Shown here piece after piece: positions 47,121-60,600 of a stretch of DNA of 64,000 nucleotides. A model generated the notes under the pieces. That model saw only the letters and a list, made by a program, of their open reading frames with translations, was not told the origin of the DNA and made no database searches. The stretch spans positions 72,416,001 through 72,480,000 of the forward strand of contig NC_059427.1 in assembly GCF_021028975.2 (NCBI RefSeq). Direction: 5' to 3'. Origin of the DNA: Sphaerodactylus townsendi (taxonomy: Eukaryota). Position 1 is the stretch's first letter, and every line of letters starts with the position of its first letter. The position numbers were made by a program, and so were the translations under genes.

Positions 47121-48697
47121 CAGGGATACTTTGGAGGCAAGCATAGTAATATTTGAAAGAGTCATAAACAATTTCCAAACTATAGTTACCACAGTCACAT
47201 ACTCTGTAGCTTTCAGCTGCAAACATTTCAGACATTCCATATCTCAGGGAAAGGTGTTGTTATAACATGCCTACATCTTTCATGTGCATGTAGGTCTGGT
47301 TCTTCAGAGCTATTCTGTTCAGCCCGCCCCCCCCCCCCCGCCCCGACAGTTACAAAGCAATTCTTTGGATGACATCCTGAACTTCTGGTGAACAGACTGT
47401 TTCCCTCTTCATTAGAAACCCTACAGCGAAATATTTAATGTCTGGTGATCAGAATATATGGTTTCATGCTTTCCAAGTAGTTTGAGGGCAGCATTAAAGG
47501 ATCAATTTCCTTTTGAAAGAAATTGGCAAAGACTTGAAGAGTTATATCTAATACTGTTTATTTGCAGTTATACAATTGGACACACAGCATCTGAGGCAGA
47601 ATAACATCAGTACAAAACCAAGAGCACTTGCCCAGGTAATTTTTCTGCCAGCCAATTCCAGATTTTTTTTCTCTTCCTTTGCCAGAGGAAATGTATTTAT
47701 TAATTATTAAAATATTTATATTCCACCTTTTTTCTTGGTTCAGTGAGTCATACATGCAATAATGAACAAATTACAAGTTAAAACCAAATACTCCGGTTTT
47801 AACTTGTAACCAAATTACAAGTTAAAACCTCAGATACTCCTCTCCCTCCTCAATAAATGTCTGCTGCTCCTTTCCCAGAAATCTTGACAAAGAAGAAAGC
47901 TTTGCATCACTGTTTAAAGATGCAATCAGTGGGTTCCCCATACTTCTTCAGGGAGCCCATTCCATGGATTAGGAACTGTAAAGAAAAGGTCTGGGCTGTG
48001 GTCGATGCCAGGAGACCACTCTGAGTGTGGTCCTTTCTTCCATTGGGTCTTCTCTTTCCAGCTTTCATTTCACATACATTACTGGAGATTTGGAAGTGGT
48101 GCCTGGGAAGGGTGCAGTTGTCGGTTGGGTAAGGATGTGATGCCACAGAGTCCACCCTCCAAAACTGCCATTTTCTCCAGGACAACTGATCTCTATCGAT
48201 AGACATCAGTTGTAATTCTGAGACAATGACAGACGCCATCTATAGGTTGGCAACTCTAACCTGCTAGTTTCTTCAGGGAGGCACCTGGCAGCATACTCTG
48301 GCCACTCATAGGCTGAATAAACAAGCAGCAGAAACACTTGCTGAAACTATTCAGTATGTATAAATTGTTCTCGCTCCAAAGTTTGGATTTTCATAAAATA
48401 TAGCTTTCAGAAAAAGGAAGGAGAGGCAGATGGACAGGGGCTAGTAGCTATGCAGAAGCATCAAAGTAAAGAAGCCACACTTTTGAAAGCATCACAGCAA
48501 ACAAACCACACCATTGACCACTGGAAAGGACACTGAAATATCTGGACACCCAGATATTTCTTAGTTTCTGAACATTTTGCACAGACTGCTCATATATTTT
48601 TGAGCTTTCTGGTGTAGTAACAAAGTGGGCACTTCCAACGACCAGGTGTGCTAATATGCAGCATGAGAATATGTCACCAGCTGATGAAGGTGATTGG

Positions 48698-51600
48698 CTA
48701 GTCCCCCTGATGATAGGCCTTCCACATGCACACTGTGCCATCCAGTGAGACTGACACATACTGCAGAGAAACAGAGAGGTGATAAAATCAAGGGTCTAGG
48801 CATATAGTTTCTTTCAAAGACTGGATGCATTCATGCAACACACTGGGAATGCTCCCACCAGCCATGGAAAGTTCTTGGGCACATTCTTGGTTTCCTAGGG
48901 TATATTTTTAAAGAAAAAAGCATGAACCAGCTGTAGCAGCTTAGATACAGACTAGGGTGGGCAACAGAAATGTTTCCTCCCCAGAAGGCCACAACTGACA
49001 ACCAACCCAGAAAACAGAAAATGATCAGTTAAGTGTGACCCATGTCTGCATTATCACCTTGGTTGTGAAAGGACTGGAGTGGCAGCATGAAAAAATATCT
49101 CTGTTTATACTGGAATAGTTTGGTGTAGGATGATCTTGTGCCAGTGCAACTATACTCAGTAAAGTGGGCATGACCTCACTTTGCAATGAAATACCAACTT
49201 GCACCCAGCCCTCTGATGGGGGAGGGGACTGATAGATACAGACTGAGCACACCACTTGGCCTGAATGTGGTCAGGGCAACTACTTTTAAACAGTCCTCTG
49301 TGCTAATAATGATAAAACTCCCAACCTCATATTCACTGATCTTTTTCCATACAGGGTGGTGCCACTGTCCCTTTTACCTGTTCCATTTCTGGGACATGGA
49401 TGAGGCCCTTGATGGAGTCTTGATGCCCTGTGTGACTTTGTACTTGCACCCCAGACTTAGTGTCATAAACCCTGCAAAAGAAAGAGCACAGAGCCATAAA
49501 CCCGTACACAGATCTCCTGTCCTCTCAACCTCCCTTCCCCAGTTGAATTGTTTACCTGATGGTGTCATGGACCCCTGCAACAATGCAGCCATTGACCTGA
49601 TCAATGCCAAGGCAGGTGATGCCTCTGGGGGTTCTCAGCTCCTTCATGCAGCATCCTCCATCTTCACTCTGTATGCACCATAGACAGAACTTCTATCATC
49701 CATACCACTAGCAAGCAATACTTTCTAGTCAGTTCCGAGCAAGGACCTTTGTAACAATCTGTTCCAGACATTGTTTTTCTAACTGTTCTGTGACAGACCT
49801 ACTTACTACACCTCAGATTCAGCCAAATATGGTCAGGAATTCATCCCAGTTTATCAGTGGTTGAGGAAAAATTATTTTCTTACTTCCCAGACAGCTTAGC
49901 AGTATCTATTACACTTTTATACTGCCTTTCTTCCAAGATGCTCAGAGTAGCATAAATGTAAATTCCTTTCTTCATTTTATCCTGTCAAATAGGTTAAGCT
50001 AACAGAGAATGGCCCAAAGAGCATCATGGCTGAGAGGCAGTTGGAAACCAGGTCTTTGCAATCCTGGCCCAACTCTCTACTCCACACACATACTCAGCAT
50101 ATGAAAAATGTGATGAAGCCTCTATTTGATGAAGCCCTTACCCAGAGTCGAATGCAGCCATCTTCAGAACCGCTGACCCACTTGTCCTCTAATGGATGCC
50201 AGACCAAGGCTACAACACTAACTTGGTGCCCAAGTTCAGCCAGGAGTATCAGATTGGCACAGTAAGGATTGAAAGCACAGATAAAAATTCTGCCAGTGCT
50301 AGAAGACAAAGCAAATTCTCTCCTGATAGGGTCAGGAGAGTGTGGATTGTGGATGTAAGAATGGTAATGGAGGCGAAAAGTCCTAAGCCCAAACCCAACA
50401 ATAGAGGTTTTTGAGCTTGATATTACCCCTGAGCCAAGAGGCAGATTTTGTTATATTCTCACTAGGGGCCTTCAAAGGATAAAACTACAGCTCATGAGCA
50501 CTCTGCAGCTGTGCCACGTCAGAGGCAGAAAGACTCACCCACCTCTTTGGGGAGTAGGCCATGTCAAGGATGGGCCCACTGTTCCCAGGTATGCTAGAAA
50601 ACTCATGTTGCAAGGAGCGGTTCTGCAGATCCCAGAGACACAGCTTTCCATCCCATCCCCCACTGAGCTACAATGAAAAGCAACAAGGTGAGGCTGCCTT
50701 TCAGCATTGCCTTCCCTCCCCAAAGCTGTTTATCTTGCCCACCCACATCCTCTGTCCACAACATGGATTATGAAGGCTGTCCCTGTGCGTGGGGCCTTCA
50801 ATTTGCACTCTCCCGTCTATTACTTCTGCCCAAGGACAGAAATGGAATTGTCTCCTGGCATCCCTAAAAATTTGTCCTCTTGTTCACTTACAAGGTAGGG
50901 GGAGCAAATGGTGCTGTCACTGTCTACCAACGTGAGTGCTGTTACCATGCCTGTATGCCCACACAGCACAGTTCTACAGGCAAAACCTATTCAGAGAAAA
51001 ATTGTCAAGTGAGGTAGTCATGGGATAGGGGAGGCAGCAAAGCTCTTTAAGTAGCCAGTAAAGTCCCCTGGATAGAGCTGAGGTGACTTTACCCCTGCAA
51101 AAGTATCCTTAGCCAACCCAGTCAAACCACTTTGTTCACCTGCTACACACTCTCTTGAAGACTCCTGAGCCATCTCATCTTGGGCACAGGCTGGTGCTGC
51201 TCCAGAATCTTGACCCTGTAAAGACATCATCATTACAGCATGCAAGGGGGGGGACCACAAACACTTAAGGGAGTCGCTTAAATCTTCTTCTGCAAGGCAT
51301 CTTTGAGCACTAGGTTCTTAAGACAAATCTATCCTACAAATATAAATGCTTAACTCTGACTCACATCCCAAGAACCCTGAGAATTATCAGCACCCTCATA
51401 AAACTACTGCATCCCGGAGAAATACCTTTGAGAACAGTCATGACAATTTAACAGTTGATACCTGCTACATACCCTGAAGGTATGACTGGACACCAAATAG
51501 GTGATAAAGTGCTGGCAACACTGACAGACAATTACAAATTCAGCCGTGATGACTTTGGTCAAAATTAAGTTGCAATTAAAAAGACCTTAATGAAGAATTT

Positions 51601-54600
51601 CATACAACATAACAAATGCCTCACTAGGCTAAGCTTCAACTATTAAACTAAAGATAACATGCAGAAAAACAACCTGCATGCAGAAAAATATGCCTGCGTA
51701 TAACCTGTTTTTCTATTCAACATAATGCAATTCAATTTAGTCTGTAATACAATCTGTAATCCATCAAGACTCTAGTCTAGAAGCTCTATACTGGGGATTT
51801 CCACCATGCGCTGAACATCTTTTTCTCCCACCCTGTTGAAGTTTTGTGGGGACCTCAAAAGCTTCCACACAGTTTTGTGACCTTTTGTTTGACCTAAATA
51901 CCAAAGCATTACATGACTTCTGATGTTGCCTTTCCTCCTTATCATTCAAGATTGTCCCAGGTTACTAATGGTGGAAGAGAGAATGAAGTTTCCCAAGCAC
52001 GGACCTTTGCTAGGAATGGACTAGCCTACCATGCCACACCATAGCTCAGTGTCTGCTGGTACTTTCTTAAATCCTTCAATTAAATGCATGTGAATGGCTG
52101 GCATATACTTCCTGTCAGTAACTGCCACTCTCTCCCTGCAGATGACCTACAAGGAGAAAACATTTGCCTTCCTCCTTCCAATCACTGGAATTTTTTAGGG
52201 TAAAATTTTGTTCTCACCTGACTAGGTGAGTTGAAGCTCTCAAACTCCCAGAGGTAAATGTTTCCATTATTTGCTGACACCATCAGAATGTCCAGCTCCT
52301 CAGCAAAAATGGCCCTGCCAAAGGTCCAGGGTTTTATTATTGTGGCAGCATCCTACTCAAATGCTCATCCATAATTTCTTTGACCAAAAATAGGCCAGAG
52401 AGACATTGGTGCAAATTAAGAATTACATTTTATTTATTTATTTATTTTATTTTTTAGTTTTATATCCTGCCCGGCCTTTCCCAATAGGGCTCAGTACAAG
52501 TAAAATTTTATAGTTCAAGTAAAAAATTCTTGCTGAAAGACTAGCAGATCCCCCTGAGAAAGCGTTGCGTAGATAATTGTTTACTTGTACAGTAAAATAT
52601 CATGCTTCAACTGCACCAATGGCTCTTCAGCCTTTTTTTTTTTGCTGTGATTGATGGAGCCCTTCTGGTTTCTGTTCACACTAACTTGATGACAAAACAC
52701 CACTTTAATCTCTCCTGCATATGCTGGGCAGTTCTGAGGCTGCAACTGCTAGATCCATCCAGCGTGTTCTCTCATTCCTTTTGGCAAGAATCATCTTCCG
52801 AATGCCAAGTCCAGTCCTATCTATCAATTAAGCACAATTGTAGCCTCCCCCTTCCTATATGGAGCTCAGGGTAGCATATATGGCTCTCCTCCATTTTATC
52901 CTCACAGCCCTGTGAGGTACTTTAGGCTAAGTAGCTGGCCCAAGATTGCCCAGGAACCTTCACGGCTAAGGGGGGATTTGAACTTGGTTTCTCCAGGTCT
53001 TCCACTCTAACCACTATACCACACTGACCCTCCTACATGCATGGCCTAGCATATGAGACTATTATCTCTTCTTACTGTCTCTTTGAAAATCCGTTAGCTA
53101 AATGCAAGAGGAAATAAATAAACCAATTGGTGAAAATGGCCTGGCTGACCTCCTGCTGCAACTCATATTCCCGGAGAGTACCCATTTGTATTTACCTCGT
53201 GAAGCCTATGCCTTCTTTTTGTGTGTCCTTGGCTGTTGTCCGGAATGCGCTATAGCCACTCTGGTGACCACTATAGGCCTTTCCCCATTTTCGAGAGGAA
53301 CACAGGTGGGGTTGTGGCTCTTCCTTACAGCTCTTCACCGTCTGCTGTGCAAAGGGGCCTCGTCGCTCCAAATGCGCCTCACTGATGTGGAAGGACTCCA
53401 TGCTAAATGAAAGGTAATGAATGGGGAGGGCTAGGCTGGTGATAGATTACTGCGGAGAGGATGGAGCAGGGCATTGATTGGCCATAGGTGAGAGGACTGT
53501 GAGCTTCCAAAGGCTTGAAATAGGATGGTTATATAACAACAGGGGAAGTAGCAGGGGGCAGGTGGAAGGAAGTCTTGGTGGCATGGCAAGGGGTGATAGT
53601 GGAAGGCAACAAGGAGGAAGAGGAGAGTAGTAAAGGTGAAGAGGAAAGCAAGTCTTATTTGACAGCTGACTTTTGGATAGTTCTACTGAACAGGTCAGCA
53701 CAGAGGCAGATGGTGGGAAAGAAAAACCTTTTAGAGATCCTAGTGAGAGCTGAAAAGGGAGATTCCACTCCTATCATGGCACTCCTAACGTTCTGTCTCT
53801 TGCAGGGCCAAAGATCCTAAGCTAAAGGCAGGACCATAAGAACATAAGAACTAGCCTGCTGGATCAGACCAGAGTCCATCTAGTCCAGCACTCTGCTACT
53901 TGCAGTGGCCCACCAGGTGCCTTTGGGAGCTCACGTGCAGGATGTGAAAGCAATGGCCTTCTGCTGCTGCTGCTGCTCCTGAGCACCTGGTCTGCTAAGG
54001 CATTTGCAATCTCAGATCAAGGAGGATCAAGATTGGGAGCCATAGATCGACTTCTCCTCCATAAATCTGTCCAAGCCCTTTTTAAAGCTATCCAGGTTAG
54101 TGGCCATCACCACCTCCTGTGGCAGCATATTCCAAACACCAATCACACATTGTGTGAAGAAGTGTTTCCTTTTATTAGTCCTAATTCTTCCCCCCAGCAT
54201 TTTCAATGTATGGCCCCTGGTTCTAGTATTGTGAGAAAGAGAGAAAAATTTCTCTCTGTCAATATTTTCTACCCCATGCATAATTTTATAGACTTCAATC
54301 ATATCCCCCCTCAGACGCCTCCTCTCCAAACTAAAGAGTCCCAAATGCTGCAGCCTCTCCGCATAAGGAAGGTGCTCCAATAATCAATTGTAAATTAATC
54401 AATGTAAATTAGAAAGCAGCATTAGTTAACTTTCCCCACTAGTCTTCAAACTAGCACACACCCTTTATCTAGGCACCAAATTGGTTAGACCTGCTTTCAC
54501 TTCCCAGACTGTTCTAAACATAGAAGCAGGGGTATAATGTGGGTGGGGCAAGCCAGGGCTCTTGCCCTGGGTGCCAGTTGCCTGGGATGCACTGGCTGTG

Positions 54601-57600
54601 GGGCCCCCCGCCCCCCGCTGCTACAGCCAAAATTCCTTTAACTTGACTTGATTGCTTTTAACTTAGTTCCAGGCAAGTGGCTTGGAAGAGACTGGGAGCA
54701 GGGGCGAGGCCAGGGAACGGCTCCCTTCCTAGCCTTGTCCCTATCCCCAATTTCATCCTGGCCACTTGCCTGGAACTAAGTTAAACATAATTAAATTTAA
54801 AGCAAACTCTTTAGGCTTCTTTGGCAGTGGTGGTGGGGCTGTGGGGGAGAGAAATGTGGGCCAGTTCCTCCCCCCGCCCCGCCCCGCCCCGCCCCACCAC
54901 CACCACCACCAGCACCACCACAGAATAAGAAGCCCAAAGAATTTGCTTTAAGCTTAATTATGTTTAACTTAGTTTCCTGGCTTTGTTCTCATTCCCAGGC
55001 TCCTCCCAGGCTCCCACCCCCACCCCCACTTTGCAAAATCAGGATCCAGCTTTGCAAAGGGGTGTGTGCCTATGGAGATACTGGGGGAAAGCCGACAGGA
55101 GCTGAGGTGACTTCGGTTCGGAATACAGAGTCCATGGGGATGCAGACAGAGAAGGAGGTTTTTTTAAATCAACCACACTTACAGAAGTTAGAAAAGAGCA
55201 CAACAATGTGATAGAGGTGATAGATGTCTACAAAAGGCTAGAGGGCAAAACACATAAATCCCAGGTTAGGGACAGAGACAGAGTATACAAGTGTCTCTAT
55301 GCTAATAGTAGAAGCATTCGACCTAAAATGGGGGAGCTGGAGTACAGAGTTTTGAAGGAGGACATTGATACTTAAGTGGGCATCCCACAGGAGACATGAG
55401 GTGGGGTGAGAGGAGAACCAGTGGGATGCTGTTATCCCAGGTTACAGGCTCTACAGGAAGGAAAGGATAGGACAAGAGTATTGGGGGGGGTGGAGTGGCC
55501 CTCTACATCAAAGAGAGCATAGTGTCACATAAAATAGACAATGCAGGTGGAGCTGAGGATTCCCCTACAGAGAAGCACTGTGGATATCAATACCAGAGGG
55601 GTGAAGCATGGTTTAACATTAGGAATATATTATAGTCCCCTGACCAAAGTAGCACAGAGGATTCTGAGATGGAAAAAAAGAAATTAGAGAGGCCAACAAA
55701 AGCAAAAATGTATGTAAATTAGTAATATTTTGATTTTAACTATCCTTATATAAACTGGAAAAATGCATGTTCAGGTCATAGTAAGGAGAGAACATTCCTG
55801 GATATGCCTTCTAAATGACTGTGGCTTAAGAGCAGATGGTTGTACAGAACCAACCAGGGGAGATGTGATCCCTAGATCTAATTCTATATGTAGGGACCCC
55901 AGGACCTGAGATGGGGAAGTCAGTGTTGTTGAGCCCGATAGGGAACAGCGACCACAATGCTGTCAGATTCCAGTATCTCTGCATGTTGAGACAAGTGACA
56001 ACTACTAATGTAGTTACATTTGCCTTCAGAAAGGAAATTTCTCAAAAGAGATGAGAGGGATAGTCTGCTTGAGGAAGCTGAAAGGAGAAAATCAAAGAGA
56101 GAGTCAAAAAATGTCCAAGATGCTTGGAGGTTATTTAAGAACACACAGTCACAAAAAAGCTCAGCTGGGAGAATGTGTTCCACTTGAGTTAGGAAAGGCA
56201 GCCCAGTCCAAGAAAAGCCACCATGGTTAACAAAAGGGGCGTTGAGGAATTATTAGGAAAAAAAAAGATGTCTTTTAGAAAATGGGAAGTCCAACTTAAC
56301 TGATAAGGAATACCAGAGAACACACAATGGTGGCAAAGAGAAGCAAGTTAGCTGTAGCCAAGGGCAGGCAAAAAGTTATGAGGAACACATGGCTGTGAAC
56401 ATCAAAACCAGCAACAAACAGTTCTTCAAAGTACATCAAAAGCAGGAAGCCAGCAAAGGGAGGCGGTAGGCCCGTTAGATGACAAAGGAACAAAGGGTGT
56501 GCTAAAAAAGAGATGACAGAGGAGATTGCAGAAAAGCTGAATGAATTCTTTTGCATCTGTCTTCTTCACCCAAAGGAGAGGAGGTGAGAAAATTCCTGCA
56601 CCTGAGACCAGAAGCTTCTTAGGAAGTAGAAGATCCGAGGGAACTAACAAAGATAGTGGTAGACAAAGGGAAGAAGTTCTGGCAGCCATTGATAAACTAA
56701 ATGTTACCAAATCCCCTGGCCCAGATTGCATTCACCCAAAGAGTTCTTAAAGAGCTCAAGCTTGTAAGTGCTGATCTTCTCACTTTAATATGCAACTTAT
56801 CCTTGAAATCAGGCTCCATCCCTGAAGACTGGAAGATGGCCAATGTCACACCAATCTTTTAAAAAGAAAGGATCTAGGGGGGGGACGAGGGAAATTACAG
56901 GCCAGTCAGTTTTGACATCTGTTCCTGGTAAATTAGTAGAATCTGTCATTAAAGATAAAATTATAAAACATGTAGAAAAGCAGAGACCTGCTGAGAAAAG
57001 TCAGCATGGCTTTTGCAGAAATCCTGTCTTACAAACTTACTAGAGTTCTTTGAGGGATGTAAACAGGCATGTGGATAAGGGGAACCAGTGGACATTGTCT
57101 ACTTGGATTTCCAAAAGGCTTTTGACAAAGTTCCTCACCAGAGACTATTGAGAAAACTCAGCAATGAAGGAATAAGAGGGAAGTCCTCCTATGGATTACC
57201 TCCTATGGATTAAAAACTGGTTGAGAAACAGGAAGCAAGAGTGGGTGTAAATGGGAAATTCTCACAATGGAGAGATGTAAGGAGTGGTGTCCCCAAGGGA
57301 TCCGTGTGGGACCAGTGCTCTTTAACCTATTCATAAATGACCTGGAAGTAGGTGGGTAAGCGTGGTGGCCAAGTTTGCAGATGATACCAAATTATGTAGG
57401 GTGGTGAGAACCACAAAGGATTCTTGAGGAGCTCCAAAGGACCTTGATAAATTAGGTGAGTGGGCTCAGAAATGGCAAATGCAGTTCAATGTAGCAAAAT
57501 GCAAAGTGATGCACATAGGGGCAAAAAATCCAAACTTCACATACATGCTACAGGGGTCAGTGCTATCAGTCACAGACCAGGAAAGGGATTTGGGCGTCTT

Positions 57601-60600
57601 AGTTGATAGTTCCATGGGAATGTCAACTCAATTTATGGCAGCTGTGAAAAAGGCAAACTCTATGCTGGGGATAATTAGGAAAGGAATTGAGAATAAAACT
57701 GCAAAGATTGTCATGCCCTTATATATAAAGCTGTGGATGCGACATACTTGGAGTACTGTGTTCAGTTCACAATTAGCCACATCTCAAAAAGGATATTGAA
57801 GAGATAGAAAAAAAGTGCAGAGAAGAGCGAGGATGATTGAGGGACTGGAGCACCTTCCTTATGAGGAAAGGCTGCAGCGATTGGAACTCTTTAGTTTGGA
57901 GAGGAGGCGTCTGAGGGGGGGATATGATTGAAGTCTATAAAATTATGCATGGGGTAGAAAATGTTGACAGAGAGAAATTTTTCTCTCTTTTCTCTGTCAC
58001 TAGAACCAGGGGCATTCATTGAGAAAATGCTGGGGGAAAAATTAGAACTAATAAAGGAAACACTTCTTCATAGCGTGTGATTGGTGTTTGGAATATGCTG
58101 CCACAGGAGGTGGTGATGGCCACTAACCTGGATAGCTTTAAAAGGGGCTTGGACAGATTTATGGAGGAGAAGTCGATTTATGGCTACCAATCTTGATCCT
58201 CTTTGATCTGAGATTGCAAATGCCTTAACAGTCCAGGTGCTCGGGAGCAACAGCCACAGAAGGCCATTGCTTTCACATCCTACATGTGAACTCCCAAAGG
58301 CACCTGGTGGGCCACTGCGAGTAGCAGAGAGCTGGACTAGATGGACTCTGGTCTGATCCAGCTGGCTTGTTCTTATGTTCTTATGTTCTTATGAGATGGG
58401 AACAACTCTCCTGATTTTTACAGGCACCCTGCTGGATCCCCCCTCCCTTGGCCCTGGCAAAGCTGCAGTGTTGGGGTGCGGGAGGGGGCAATTTCAGTGT
58501 TTGCCCTGAGGACCATTTCCTGTAAATAACGCCCCTGGACAGAAGGAACCATCTTTAGTAGATAAGATGTAGGAAGAGATCTGTGTAATTTCACATGCAG
58601 ATAAAAGATACTTGTACAGCAAATTGACATGCCTCTCTTTGCAGTCATTGTGAGAGATTGGCAGCTCTTTTTGGACTGTGGACAGAATAGATAAAAAATT
58701 ACCTGTAGATCAAAGGTGATATGTAGCTCCTCTCCCATTTCTGCAGTATCCCCCTGCTGTCTCCACTGAAGAGCAGAACAGGCTCCTTTTTAGCTAGAGG
58801 AGATACATTCAGAAGGTCAACCAAGTGATACCGCCCAGGAAAATAGCCAAAATATTTTCCTGAGTCAAGTTACCTGACTACACTGGCTCCAAGTCAAGAC
58901 GCAGAGACCAGTGTAGCCCATTTTATTGATGTTCCCAAATAGGTTTTGTCCCCTGATCTGCTCTGTTAAATATGTATTATGCTTCTTGTATTAGGTTTAG
59001 TATGCCCTGCTTAAGTTTAGCCTTGGTTAAGTCAAGTAAAATGTCATTTTAGGTAAACTGTATTGGAAAAATGTAATGGCTTAGAATGGTGAATATTAGA
59101 GGCACAAGGAAGTTGTGGAATTCAGTTCGAGCCAACACCCAGCCGACTTTCCAGCTGAAACAAAGACCCTCTTTGGTTTTGCAAATCGAGTTGATGATAG
59201 CGCCCAGAGGTCCCAGCTGTTGGAGAACGTGTCGGGATCGTCATTGGACTGTTTAAACTCTCTTCTGTTACGGGACTGAGGCGCGGGAGCCTCAGGTCAT
59301 AACTCAAGTAAACAGCCATCTGATAAAGCAGATAACTGGGTGCGGTAGCAAGCCCACCCAGATTCTCTGAATGGACCTTCTCCGCTCTCCTTTCAGCACC
59401 ATTGCAAGATCTCACGGGAAGACGCTTGACAGTGGGATTTCGTGATCCCATTCACAAAAGTTGAAATTGTATCTGTCTTTTGTATTGATGTTTCTTTATT
59501 GGTGTTCGGTAGGGGACCTGCCCCCTACCTGCCCCCTTCACCTGCCCCTTTGCCCTCTTTGATGTTTTGTGTATAAAAGTTCTTGCGCTTGGCTACGAGA
59601 GCGCGATTCTCCTGCCCGAGCTGTCACCACCACTTCCAAATAAAATACTTTGCCTTGAAGAAACACCGGCTCCCTGAGCCTCAATACGTTGCTGAGCTGG
59701 AATAACTTATTGTTACCTGAGAAACAGCAGTAACACAAGGGCTTGGAGAAACTCATCAAAGAGATTATTCCGCGATTCACAAAGTGCAGACTTGGCTCTG
59801 GTCAGCAGCTGGCACGGCCCTGCCAAATAAGCTTCTCCTGGCTTTCAGCTACTGCAGACGTACCCCTCAACTGATGGAGCTTATTATATTTCCCTGACCC
59901 ATCCAGGGATGATGCGGGGCTGACGCAGCTTGTGATATCCTTGGCCCCCTTACCATAAGCAAGGCACTCTGAGGCGTGTTTGCAAGGCAGCACCGTCAGG
60001 CATCCCAACTCACTGTACCTCCAGACCAGAGTTTGCTGGGGTTTTGCAGAACCTAAAAGAAGGTAAACATCTTATTGTTCAGCAGAACACAGAATTTAAA
60101 TCAGAATTTTAGATTAGCATGGGGGTTTTAAGGTCTTTTGTTTGTTTTTCCTTGAAACAAGATTAGTGGCTTTTGTTTGGGTTACTAAAGACTGTGGGAA
60201 AGAAGGCAGCATGGTATAGCTTGATCTTGTCCCATCTTGGAAGCTAAGCAATGAAGGAAGACCATCAAGAGTTTTGACCTGGACTGTGGTGCATGGGGAA
60301 GTAAGTCTTCTTCCCCTCATGACAATTTCCTGACTTGAAATACTCCCAGGAAGTCACTATGTAATCTTTTTGGAAAACATGCATGGGCTGTAAGGTCTCC
60401 CTCCACAAACCCTGGGAGCTGTTGAGGATAGACACATCACTGATGCTGTCGCTCACCCTTCTCTATGAATTTCCCGAAACTCTATAGTAAATACCCTGTC
60501 CCTGAAATTTTCTTCTGCTCACCGTACTGAGTGCAGGCAACAGAGGCAGGAATTCATCTACTGTGGGAGGGTATATGGCAACGTTATGCATATAGCCCAA

